From NCBI RefSeq assembly GCF_048593235.1, contig NC_133619.1:637648558-637712557 (forward strand): DNA of 64,000 nt, in the 5' to 3' direction. Of this stretch, positions 30,968 through 42,626 are shown in pieces; the stretch's first letter is position 1; each line of letters starts with the position of its first letter. Below the pieces are notes generated by a model. That model was not told where the DNA came from. It did not search any database and saw nothing but the letters and a program-made list of their open reading frames with translations. This DNA comes from Sminthopsis crassicaudata. Taxonomy: Eukaryota. A program made the translations under genes and the position numbers.

Positions 30968-30971
30968 CAGA

Positions 30972-30983
30972 TTTTTTTTTTTT
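30972..30983 (+). terminator. Pol III terminator (T12)
   Basis: T-run 4 nt after the tRNA discriminator base. Confidence 0.9.
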
Positions 30984-32588
30984 CTTTTCACTTTAATATT
31001 TTAAAATTAAAAGACTCGTGTGCCCGCCAGGTTCCGGGAATCGAGGCTGGGGGCGCGCGAGTCGGACGCAGGGCAGGCCTCGGTTCCCGGCCCATCCCCG
31101 CCCCTTCCTTTCGGTCCCGGGAGCTCCGCCTCCCGCTGTGACATTTCGCCTCTCACTGCTTCTTCTGCCTCTGTGATGGTCTGTCCCGGGTCTCTGCTCC
31201 CGCCTCCCCCCGCCCCCCCCCCCGTCTCTGCACCCCTCCCCCTTGGTCAGTGTCCCTCAGTTCCGTCTCATCCGATCTCCTTCTAGATCCCAGAGTTTCT
31301 AGGACTCCCTCCATCCTTGCCCTCCTTCCCAGAAGAAGAGACCGAAGGTCACCGGAGGCCCAGAGAAGGGTCGGGGCTCCAGCCTCCGAGTCGTGCTGAC
31401 GCCGAGACCCCGCCCCCGGGGAGGCCTCCTGGCCTTACATGGGCATTAGAGGTCCAGGCGGCCCCGGGACGGAGCACCCCCTCCCCCCCCCCCCGCCTTG
31501 TGAGGGCGGAGTCTCCGGGGCACACGCGCGCACAAACACACGCACCCACCGCGTCACTGACACGTCGCCTCCCTCCCAGCCAGGGCTGGGGCACATTCCG
31601 TCTCCGCCCCCTCCTCCTTCCCCAGCGGCCCGCGAGACGGAAACTTCCCGTCCCCACCCACGGCCGCAGAGACCCGCAGCCCTTTACTTGGGGCAGCTCG
31701 TTTGTCCCGAGTGGGTGGCGTGGTAGACTGGGAGCCTCTTGAGGCCATGGTCTATCTTGGCCTTTCAGGACCGTGCACGCAGTAGGCGCTTAATGTCTGC
31801 CGAGTGACGTGGAAAGGCGAGAACAACTTTAAGAAACAAGGAAGTGGAAGCAGAGATTGGCAGGGAAGGACGAGTTACAGGAAAGAGAAGAAGCCTTTAT
31901 TAAGAGCCTACTGAGTACCGGGCGCCGGGCTAATCGCTTTACAAACCTCTCACTGGATTGTGGAGGCTCCGGAATCACCCCGGGGGGAGGGAGGCCGAGA
32001 CACGGATTCCCCAGAGGCAGTGAGAGGAGGGAAAACTTCGGGAGGCTGGGGATTTCTAGGATAAGGCTCGGAGGGAGGGCAAGGCAGAGACCCGGAGGAG
32101 ACAGACATTCCTCCGGCCCCGCCCCCACCCCCACCCTCCCAAGGTTGAGAAGAAAGCGAGCTCGTAGTCGCCGATTCGGAAGGCCGAGGACACTCCAGAT
32201 AAGGGGGGGCGGGAGGGGGAGAGACGACACAGGAAGTGTGGAGAGCAGGCCAGAGAAAGGGAGAAGGGTTGAGGAGTGTGGAGGGGCCCAGCCCGGCCGC
32301 CCCAGCACCACCCACTTTGAAAGCCGGCCGGCGGAGTAACCCGTTCGGAGCTTCAGGAAACCCGAGCGCAGTCCTTCCCGGTGACCTCACCCGAGCCGCC
32401 TCCTCAGGTGAAGGGGGAGCGCCCTCCCCTCCCCGGTGAGTTCACCTGGACCCGCCCTACCCCGGAGCCAGGGGAGTCAGGAACCAGCTAGACCGGCCGC
32501 CGAGGTCCCGGGATAGCCCTCCCCGCCCTGCACCCCAGGAGACAGACACCAACACGCCCGAGAGTCCTCTTTTGTGTATTGTATTAGT

Positions 32589-32594
32589 TTTAAT
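32589..32594 (-). terminator. Probable ZFP36 polyadenylation signal ATTAAA
   Basis: TTTAAT on plus strand at the end of the AU-rich 3'UTR. Confidence 0.6.
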
Positions 32595-32744
32595 TAAAAA
32601 AAAAAAAACTCCACCAAAGACAAAAATAGAGATTTCTTTTTTGTTTAGCTAACAATATATATATATTTATAATATATTTCAAATATATATTATAGTGGCA
32701 GCAATCTCCCAATATTAACCAAAAGGGAGAAGGGACGACTGCAT

Positions 32745-32797
32745 ATATAAATACTATAAAACCCGTCGGAATAAATAACGTCGTCACCATAAATAAA
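32745..32797 (-). promoter_or_regulatory. AU-rich elements in the ZFP36 3'UTR
   Basis: mRNA reads UUUAUUUAU (32797-32789), UUAUUUAUU (32778-32770) and AUUUA (32752-32748). Confidence 0.9.
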
Positions 32798-33254
32798 GGG
32801 GCCCCGAGGGGAGGCTGGGAAACTTGGATTTGGTCTGGTTAGGTGGGGGGTTTGAGCACCAGGATTGGGGAGAGCCCCATCCAGGGGAGACTTGGGGAAG
32901 CCTGTTCACAGCATGAAGAAAAGGGGGGGAGAATTTTATCCGGACCTCCCCCCCATAACAGGGTGTCTCAAAGACAGTACAATTTTAACCTAATAATGCT
33001 TCCAACTGCATTAAGACTTTTGGGACACGCTGTACATATATAGGTCGTTTCAGTATGCTACATTTGAAAAAAGAACCACCCCCAGAACACCTTTTTGAGG
33101 GTTTTGCTCTCCATGGGGACCTGCCCCGGGGAGTCTAGACATTGGCTTAATGCTCTGGGGGCTAAGCAGGTGAGAGCGCCCCACGTCTGGGCACGACTGG
33201 CAAGGGGGAGGAAGATTCCTGAAGCCCGTCTCTAAGCTTGGAGGCACAGGGTGT

Positions 33255-34953
33255 TCAGTCGGACACGGAGAGCCGATTGAAGATGGGGAGGCGCCGGGGG
33301 GTCACCGGGGTCAGGAGCTGAGCGCTGGAGGGGGCGAAGGCGCCCCCCACTGACACCTCGAACACCGGGGAATCCGAGCCCCCCAGGCTGCTTCCCCCAC
33401 TGCTGGCCTGGTCGTCGGGCTCCGAGCCCAGGGAGTGAGCGGAAGGGCTTCGGGCCAGCCCCAGCCCTAGCCCCAGCCCCAGGCCCAGGCCATCCCTGGT
33501 GGGCCCCCATGAGCCCGCGGTCTGGCGGCAGGAGGGGCAGCAGACTTCTCCCGCCGTGGCTCCCCGGGGCACCGGGCCGGGGGCGGCCGAGAAGGCCGAG
33601 GGGGAGAACGGGACCTCGCCGGGGGCGGCGGCCAGTGGGGGCGGAGAAGAAGGAGGGGAGAAGAAACCCGAGGGGGAGGACAGGTCCGGCAGCCCCGGGG
33701 GGCTCAGGGTGGGGGAGCCCCGGCGCCGGGCGGACGGCATTCCGGAGAAGCTGAGGCTCTGCCGGAGCAGGGGAGGGTGCGCCGACCCCGCCGCCAGGAC
33801 GTCGTACGGGGCGTGGATGAAATGGCAGCGGGCGCCGTACGGACAAGCGCCCAGGAGCAAGAACTTGCGGCACAGCTCCGTCTTGTACTTGGGGTGGCGG
33901 CTGGCGGGCCGCAGCTCCGCGGGCCCGTGGGCGAACTGGCACTTGGAGCCGTAGCGGCACTTGCCGCTCTCCGAGAAGGTCCGGCACAGCTCCGTCTTGT
34001 ATCTGGACGAGGAGGCCGCCCCGCCCGGGGAGCCGCAGCCGGGAGCGCCTTCCGAGGGCGCGGCGCCGGCGGCCGGCGCGGCCCTGGGCGGCAGGGGCTC
34101 AAAGCCCGGCGGCGGGGGGACCCAGGCGCGGCTCTCCACCAGGCTGGTAGAGCGGCCGGGGAGCCGAGGGGCCAAGGGCGCCGAGGCCCGCGGCGGGGAG
34201 GGCGACTCCAGGTCTGCGAGGCTGGGACTCCAGGGGCTCCGGGAGCCCCAGCCCAGCTCGGGCTCCAGCTCCCCACGCGCCGCCAGCGCCAGGTCCGGAC
34301 TCAGCGACAGGAGCCTCTGTGGGAGAAGGGCGAGGACAGGCTCAGGGACCGAGCGACCGTCGAACCCAAGGTCGCCGCGCCGAGCCCACCCAGCTCCACT
34401 TCGGAGCCCGACAAAGTTCCGTCCTGGCTCGGGAGGGCTCCCCCAAACCCAGCCCCACCCCAAAATGGGGGGGCTGCGGGCCCGGACCCAGGCGAGCTTT
34501 GCCCCCACAGGACTCCACCCAGGCAGCTACGAAAGTGGAATCCTAAGTTTCTCTCAACACCTCAACTTAAAGAACCCCGGCTCTTAGCCCCGACACCCCC
34601 CACGCGCGCGCACGCACACGCACTGACACTGACACGCACTCACACCTCCGCTGAGGAAGCAGCCCCCCGCCAAAGCTTGGACTCCCGTCCCGAGGGGCGT
34701 TCTCTGACCCGGGGGCCCCCAGTTTCCTAGCCACCAACTTAAGTGACCCAAGAAGGGCACGCGGACCCCAGCGCCCGGACTCCCGCCCCAGAAAAGAAAA
34801 GGGCAGAAGCTGGCCGTGACCGCCGCCGCCACGAGACCGCAGGCGGAGGCGGCCGGTGCCAGAGGTCGTAGCCCTAGAGAGGGAAGGAGGGAGGCAAAGA
34901 AAGGTGGGGCACGGAGCGGGGCGGCTCACCTCGTACAGGGTACACAGATCCAT
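33255..34953 (-). CDS. ZFP36: Tristetraprolin (tandem CCCH zinc finger), 361 aa
   Basis: Exon 34953-34930 ([11 protein letters not shown]|GTGAGC) plus exon 34316-33255. Motifs [33 protein letters not shown]...[23 protein letters not shown] and C-terminal [12 protein letters not shown]. Confidence 0.98.
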
Positions 34954-36623
34954 GCCCGCGGACTTGGGCTTCCCGCCTGCGGCGGCGCTTGCGTCCATCC
35001 GTAGGTGCTTTGGCCGTGAGCGTATCCAGGACTGTGGGGAGGGTGGCCGGCGCGCTCTTCTTGAAGGGACGGGTTTGGGGGCGGGGCCTCCCGGTGCCGC
35101 CCAGAACCCACCATCAGGGGAGCTCCAGGAGCTAGAGAGAACTGGGGGGAGAGGGAGGCGGGGAACCGGGAAAGGGCGGGGCCGAGGGAGGACTCGGGGG
35201 AGGGGCGATTCCCGGACTGAGAGCCCCGGGCGGGGCGGGGGAGGCCCAGCACCTTAGTCTGGGCGAAAAGCTGGCCCTAACAGGTCCCTCCCAGTTACTG
35301 CCTAGTAACCCATAGGGCTGAAAACCTGAAGGGAACTCGCTCGGCTTCCAACCTTTTTTTTTTTTTTTTTTTTTCCCCAGGAGGGGAACCTGAGACCCAG
35401 AAAGGGCCAAACTCCCTCTTTTATCTGAGGGGTGAGCTAAAGGTCAGAAGTGGAAACCCCCGTTAGAGTGTTGGAGCCAGAACCAAAAGACTGAGATACT
35501 AAGTCCTGAAAGTCAAACCCGAGCCCAGCGGGAGACACCCAAAGAGAGCGCCCCAAAGCCAGTTTATCATCTAACCCCAGCCAGGAGAGAGAGCCGGGAG
35601 ACAGGCTTAACTTTTCCAAAAAGAAAAGGAAACTGAGGTCAGGGATCTGGGCAGTGTCAGGACTGAAGCCCAGAGTTCTCGGGGTAAGCTCCACCTTTCT
35701 GAGGGAGTTTTTTGGGGAGCTCGCCTCTCCAGTGGGGAACTGTCCGATTCTAAGCCTGTGCTGGGGTCTGTCTTTGATCTGAACTTTTCACCTAACAGAA
35801 ATCTTTCATTTTCCCAGATGAAGACTTTTCCTCCAACAGAACGGAGACTTGGGTTAGGCTGGAGACCTGGGAGCTTATGGGAAGCTTCTCTGGGGAAGAG
35901 GGGTTGGCCAGGAGGGACCTTCCCAGGAGCTGGGACCTCCCCAAGTCTCCCTGGGTCCCGTGAGCCTGTGGTCTTTAAGTTTCACCTGCCAGTCGAGTGG
36001 CTGGCTCTCACGCTCCACAGTGACTCACCCACCGCAGGGTGTGTTATGTGTGGGGGCCCTTCCTGGAATCAGGTGACGTAAGGGCAGGGAGGGGGGCCTG
36101 GTCTATGTTGGGGTTCCTCTCTCTTTGTAAACAGAGCTGAGGGACCCAGTTCCTCAGGGTGCTCTTTAGATCTGAGCCTCGATTCCATCTCAAAAAGCAG
36201 GTGACACTGACTCAAAGACAAGGCCACTGCCCCCTGACAGGCAAGATGGAATGGCCCGCCCCCACTCCCTTCACCCAGAGGTTCCCCAAGGTCCTGAAGG
36301 AAGCTCCTTTGCCAAGCCCCTTCCCCACTTCCCAGTCAGCCTCGAGCAGGATTGGTTTGTCTTGCTCTTGGGATCGGAGCTTGTGGGTACATTCCAGCAT
36401 CCTGACTCATTCTAGCTATGCTCTGAGCTCCCCATGCTCCACCCCCTAACCCAGAGCCTTTCCTCACCGTGCCTCAGCACTAGGACGCCTGGGTCTAGGC
36501 CCAGCTTTACGGAGGCAAGGTGCAGAGGGCCGGTCTGTGACTCCCACTGAATTTGTCTCAATCAAAGATCACACCTGGCTGCTGTGCTCAGGGATCCAGG
36601 CTCTCTTTGCCCTCCTGCATAAA

Positions 36624-36624
<1 letters not shown>

Positions 36625-36660
<36 letters not shown>

Positions 36661-36726
36661 CATACATATATATAATATATGTATGTATATACACACACAC
36701 ACACATGTAAATTTATATATATATAT
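36625..36726. repeat. (TG)n/(TA)n/(CA)n compound microsatellite
   Basis: Directly visible. Confidence 0.95.
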
Positions 36727-37698
36727 GGATATTTAATTTCAAGGCTTCTGGCAGCTTGGTTTGGAGTATGAGTAAACATACAAAGACCTGGATTGAAATT
36801 GTACCTCACACACTTATTAGCCGGATGACCTCAAGCTAATCCAACAGCCTTCCTAGTCTGTTTCCTTTTCTGAAAGTCAAACGAATTCCCTTCAGGTTTT
36901 CAGTCCTATGGGTTAGGATGGCACCAGAGCGGGGCCATGCCAAGCTCCCCTCCTGCTCTAAAGCTATGTTCTGAGAAGCCCGTTCCGCCATCCGGCCCGA
37001 CTTCTTGGGGTCCCAAGTTTTCAGCCTGGCATCTGCAGCCTTAGGCTCAGATTTCTCCCGCCTCAGGAATCCTTCTATTTCTAGTGCTAGCACCAAGACC
37101 TGCACAGAGTGGACATTTTACAGTTTCCTCCTTCTGAGGCCCATAGAAAGGGTTTCACTCTCCTTCCAAATTTGGGTCCCCTCCTCCGACGCTAGCCCAA
37201 CCTGCGGAACTCCTGAAATTCTAAAGCCTCCCAAGTTTCTAAGATTTCAGGGTCTTCTCCCCTTCTCCCCAACCCCTTGACAGTTACAGGTGCCAGATCC
37301 CCAGCCTCTGACCCCTCGGGTATCCTTCTTACCCATCAGCCACTACCTAGCCTTTAGGGCCAGATCAGATCTCATTTTCCGGGATCTCCCAGAATCCCTC
37401 CGTGGAATCCTTGGTGGGGGGGCCTCCCCATACTCAAAGCCAGCCCTTGGGTTCCCTCGTAGGAATTTACATACAGTAAGCACTTAATAAATTATTGAAT
37501 TGGGGACAGCATCACCTCCTTTGGAGGATCTAGGATTAAGCGCTTTTTGTCCTTTCCCTTAGCACACGGCATATGCTTGTTCTGGGTTGGACTTAGCTCA
37601 CGTTCTCTTCAGCAACACTGGCTTCCTCTGGCCCGTGAACACTCCAGGTAGCCTCCGGTCCCTGGCCCAGGAAGTGAGGTGCCTGGAGATGTTAAGAG

Positions 37699-39091
37699 GG
37701 AAAGTCCCGATTTGGGAAGTCTGGCTCTAGGAGCTGATGGGAATCCCCTCTGGAATGAGGTTGGGGAAAGGGTGGGACTGGGGGCCAGGGCCCTGGGATG
37801 GGGGAGGGGTTGGGGAGGGGGCGGAAATTGTCGGATCTAAAAATATCATCAAGTTTCCGGCCCAGAAGGTGGGCAGAGTTTCCAGAACAACAAGGGAGAG
37901 GGAGGCCAGGACCGGAAACCGCCAAGGCCTGAGAGAATGAGAGATTGAGAAAGAGACAGACCGACAGGCAGAGACGGGAGAGAAGAGAGAGACGGAGAGA
38001 GGAGAGGGAAGGAGACAGAGGAAGGTTGAGAGGGAGGGGGTGACTGCAGCCCTCAAGTGTCAGACAGCTCACACACACAGGCCACAGGCCGGGCCAGAGC
38101 GTGTGTCTGTGCCTCACTGTACCTTTCGGGTGAGATGGGCTGAACTGGGAGGAGGGGGGAGGGGTTGCTCAGTTACACAGAGGGGGGTCCTCGGGGCGTC
38201 TGCCTTTGAGGGCCTCTGGTGGGGCCCAGTGACACCTCGCCTCATGACCGCATGTGCCCCCCCCCACAGGCGGGGGGAGAGGACACTTTGTCCTAAGCTG
38301 CGTGTCCTCCCTCCCCCTGGCTAAGGGGCCAGAGGAATTTCCCAGGCCTGGCAGAAGGGCAGGGACCCTCCCGTAGGGGCGGCCACAGCTGGCTCCCAGA
38401 TGTTCCCGGAGAAGCTGGGTCAGGACACCCCCCTCCCCAGCAGTGGGCACAGTTGCAGGACACTGCTCCGCCCTTCTCACTTCTCCTTTGGGGCTAAAAA
38501 TACTCCCGACCCCGGCGCCCGGGCCCCACCCCCCTTGCACAATCAGCGGGTGACGCAGGCAGGCCTAGGAGGGGCCTGAGACTCCCCCCAGCCCCCAAGG
38601 CCGCTGGTGAAGGCCAGCGTGGGGAGAAATCTGGGGAAGAGGAAGAGTAACTCCGTGATCCCTGCCTACCCGGCTCGGGCCCCAGCCCTCACTTCCCAGT
38701 CCTGGTTCCCTTTCCCCAAAGCAGGCACTGAGGCTTCCCCTAAACTGGGAGCTCGGGGCGGCTGACTAGGAATTAGCGTCACAGCCCCCCCCCCCCAGGG
38801 ACTTCTCCAAACCCCCCCTGCCCCAGGCTGGGCCATCCTTCCTCTTTTCAGGCTCCTGGGGTCAGAGGCCCTAAAGGGGATCTCAAGAGGTCAACCAGAC
38901 CCGGCCCTCAGTGAGAGGAAGGTGGCGTCTGGCCCAGGGCCCCCAAACCCAGGCTTCGTAGCGCCTGCACTCCGGCTCCCCGGAGGAGCCCCCCGGGATC
39001 CAGCCCGAGGTGGAGGCGCGGGCGCTGGGGGGCGCTGGAGCTGTGATTATATAACTGGGGGATTTCCTCCTCCTGGGAGCCGGGTGAGTCA
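37699..39091. promoter_or_regulatory. Cluster of NF-kB sites plus AP-1 upstream of ZFP36
   Basis: GGAAAGTCCC 37699-37708, GGGAATCCCC 37739-37748, GGAATTTCCC 38334-38343, GGGGATTTCC 39058-39067, TGAGTCA 39085-39091. The motifs are seen directly; function is inferred. Confidence 0.6.
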
Positions 39092-39848
39092 GGAGCTGTG
39101 TCAGCAGAGCTGGCCTGGCCAGGACCCAAGCTCCCGCCCCTCCCCCTCCTCTTCCTTCCCCTGTCGGGGACCCAGGCTTTCACCCCAGAGCTCTTCACTC
39201 CTCCATGTCCCAAGTTTCCTGGTGAAAGGAGACAGAAGGGGCGGGGGCAGGGCGGAGGTCCGGGGCCTCCTGCAGAGACAGAGCGCCCCGGCCAGAGGCC
39301 GGCGGGCGGTCACAGGGCCCCAGCCAGGGGCAGTCCCCGGCAAAGGCAGGAAGGAGAGCGAGGTCCAGTTAGAGAGAGCGCCGGCAGAGCGGCCGGCCAG
39401 AATCCCGCGGCCCGGGAAGAGAGAGAGCCCCAAAGAGAGTCCCAGCACAGAGATCCAGGGGAAATGACTCGGTTCCGGGAAGAGGGACGGGAAGGGGGGG
39501 AGGGGAGAACGAGTCGGGCGTAACTGACAAGGGTTCCAGGCTCTCTCCTCCCTCCCACCTTTTTGCCCCTGGGAGGAGGCGCAGGCGCAGATGCAGACGC
39601 CAGATGGGCGGGGCCACCCAACAGATGGTCGTCCTCTGGCGCCCCCTGCTGCAAGAAGCGGGGCTGCCCTTCTCCCAGACCCGGGCGGGTCACCCCTTTC
39701 CCTGCCCCCGGTCCTGAAGGTCCAACCCCAGAGAGGAGAAAGAGCCTTGACTCAGGAACTTTTAATAAAAAAAAAAAAAAAAAATCTAACCCCATCCTTT
39801 AAATCTCCCCCCTCCCCCCCTCCCCGGCTCGCCGTGGGTTTCCCGGGG

Positions 39849-42594
39849 TCAGAGGCCTCCCGGGGCCGGCAGCTTGCCCGTGACCTTGTTGGAGCACTCC
39901 AGCAAGGCGTTGTGGATGTCCTTAGCACAGCCGATCTGGGCTTTGATCATGCTCAAGTACTGCGGGTAGGGCAGGCTCTCGGCCTGCACCGCGTCCGGTT
40001 TCGTGGCCGTGGGCACCAGCGTCGGGGAGTGCTTGGCGCTGTCGTAGCTCTGGGACAAACACTCATAGGCCAGGCGCTGGGGGGAGGGGACACAGGGACA
40101 GAGAAAGAGATGGGGGAGGGCAAAGAGAGGAAAGGGGAGGGGGAGAGAGGCACAGAAGGGGGGAGAGGAGGGGCAAAGAAGGAGCAGAGGGGGAGGGAGA
40201 AAGACAAGGAGAGTGAAAGGGCAAAGAAAGAGAACAGGGGGAAGGAGAGGAGGAGACACAGGAGGAGAGAAGGGGGGAGGGGGAGAGACAAAGTCTTGTC
40301 AGTCAAGTAAACTTATCATACCTCCCCTCAAAGAGCCCTTCTGTTCCCAAAGAAAGGCAGCCCCAGGAATCTTGCATCCCAATAGAAGGCGGCTAGAACT
40401 AGTGCTAGAACTGCCCAAAAAGGTGAGAACAGGGAAATTCAGCCAGCTTTTCAGGAGTAGGCCTCTAAGCAGCTACCCCGGTGGGAAGCCAGGCCTAGCC
40501 CTTGGTCCCCAAAGAGCCTCAGGCTGGGCCAATATCCTTCAGCGGTAGCTCACTCATGTCCAGCTCTCCCAGACCCCCTTTGGGCTTTCATAGCAGAGAT
40601 ACTGGAGGGGCTTGCCATTTCCTTCCTCAGCTCATTTTACAGAGGAGGAAACTGAGGCAGATGGAGGAAGTGACCAGTGACCCTTGCCTCCCTCACCATC
40701 TCAGTATTTACATCTAGGAACTGGTGACTGAAAAGATGGGCCAAGGCCTGGCTCCCCCTCGTCGTCCCTAGAACTCCTCAGGAGTCTGTGCTGGGGTTTG
40801 ATTTTCCAGCTGCTTTTGGCACAGGACCTGACAGTGAGAACGCTTAGTAAATATTAGAACAAAACCTTTCAGGTGAATGGCCTGAAGTCCTGTTTTCTAA
40901 GAGCAAAGAGGGAAGGAAGATGAAAAATTTGAAAAGAAAAGCTGTTTCTGGAAACAGAGCCAAAGGGAGGCAAGTTCCCAGGCTTGGAGAGGAACTCAGA
41001 GTTGGCTAGGAATGACCGGACAAGCAGAGTTAGGACAAAATGGTCTGAGTCTTAAAGACGAAGTGGGGACCTGAGAGCTGAAGGGGGAGTCACTGATTCT
41101 ACCTCTTTAACTTTACAAGTGGTAAAACCCAGGGAGAGAGGCCAAGGGATTTACACCAGGTCAAACGACTCGCTAGGGGGCGCCGCAATAAAGAGTGGAA
41201 GATTCAAATCCAGCCACAAGACACTTCATAGTCAGGTGATCCTGTCTGTCTCAGTTTCCTCATCTGTAAAATGAACTAGAAAAGGAAATAGCCTTTGCCA
41301 AGAAAGTCCCAACAAGGGGTCAAGTGACAAATGACTGAACAGCCTGCTGCTTGCTGGCCATTGGAGGCTCCCCCCACTGACCATGCTGGCAGGATGACCT
41401 GCCTCAGATTCACCCCTGTGTCTGTGTGTCCCTGGGGTAGCCAATTCCAGTCACCCAGCATTGATTAAGCTCTTACTATGAACCTGACACTGGAAAAAGG
41501 AGGCAAAGAGAGCAGGCCCAAGGGGAAGGGCAAACTTTAAAGGAGATCAGGAAAGATTCTCCTAAAGGAAAAGGGATTTTATCTGTGAGGGAGGGCGGTT
41601 TGGCAGCCAAAGAAATGCCTGGAGCCTGGAAGTGGAGCATCTGACAGAGGAGCAGCAAGGAGGCCGGTGCAGCTCGATCACCGAGTTTGTGTTCGAGTGT
41701 AAGGACAGCAGAAGGGTTGAAGGGGGGCCGGTAAAAAAGAGCTTTAAAAGCCAAGCCGAGGCAGAGCTTATTAATCCTGGAGGTTACAGAAAAGAGGGGT
41801 GATTTAGGAAGACCGTTTCTGTAGCTGAGTGGAGAGGGGAGAGACAGGCAGACCCCCCACCGGTCACCGCAAAAGCCCAAGAATGAAGCCATGATGAACT
41901 ACAGCGGTGTCACTGGAGACAAGGGGGCTGCTGGCCAGATGCCGGGGAAGCTGAAGTGACAGGTCTTGGCAAGTGTTTGGATGGGGGGATTGAGAGCAAG
42001 GGAGCAGTGCTCATGGAGGATCCTTTTCTTTTGAGTCTGGGAGAATGGCAGGGTCTGGACGGTAACGGGGGCGCATGGAAAGTGGGACAAGATGACTGTT
42101 TGGCTTTGGATGTGGTGAATGTTTAAGCTGTTCAGTAGAGGTGGCAGCCCCTGGTGATGGGAAGGGAAGTCGCGGGAAACAAATAGAGCAGAGAATCATT
42201 ATGAAAGTGGCTAATTGAAGACTTTCCATTCTCTAAGTCTCTTATGCTGCAGAGAAAATGCTGTCACTGACAGGAGGACTTCTCCACACCAGCATAGCAA
42301 AGGCCAACTTAAAACTGGCGAAGCCCTGAATGGGGGTGCTGCGGCCCCTGAGGCGCCCTTTGTGCCGCCTCATCCTTCAATGGCCCTGGCAGTCTTCTCC
42401 TCCAGAGTCCACTCCACCTCAACCCAAGCCTGGACTCGTTCCCCAGTGACACGCCTCAGTCCTGGTTCTCTGGGGCAGTGGATTTGGAAATGCCCTGGAT
42501 TCAAAACCCAGCCTCGTCATTTACTGCATGTTATATGGAGCAAACATAGGCTTTCTCCCAGCCTCAATTTTCGCCTCTGCAAAACGGGGCTGCA

Positions 42595-42626
<32 letters not shown>

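Noticed and set aside
31020-31070. B-box-like TCGATTCCC on the minus strand next to the tRNA
   Set aside because: No cloverleaf or A-box can be formed, so it is not a second tRNA.
33777-34730. Long plus-strand ORFs antisense to ZFP36
   Set aside because: Explained by the GC3-rich codon bias of the sense CDS.
39563-39802. 79-aa ORF with CCKKRGC and a Lys run
   Set aside because: GTG start, Lys run comes from an A-tract, lies in the probable MED29 3' region, and has no known motif.
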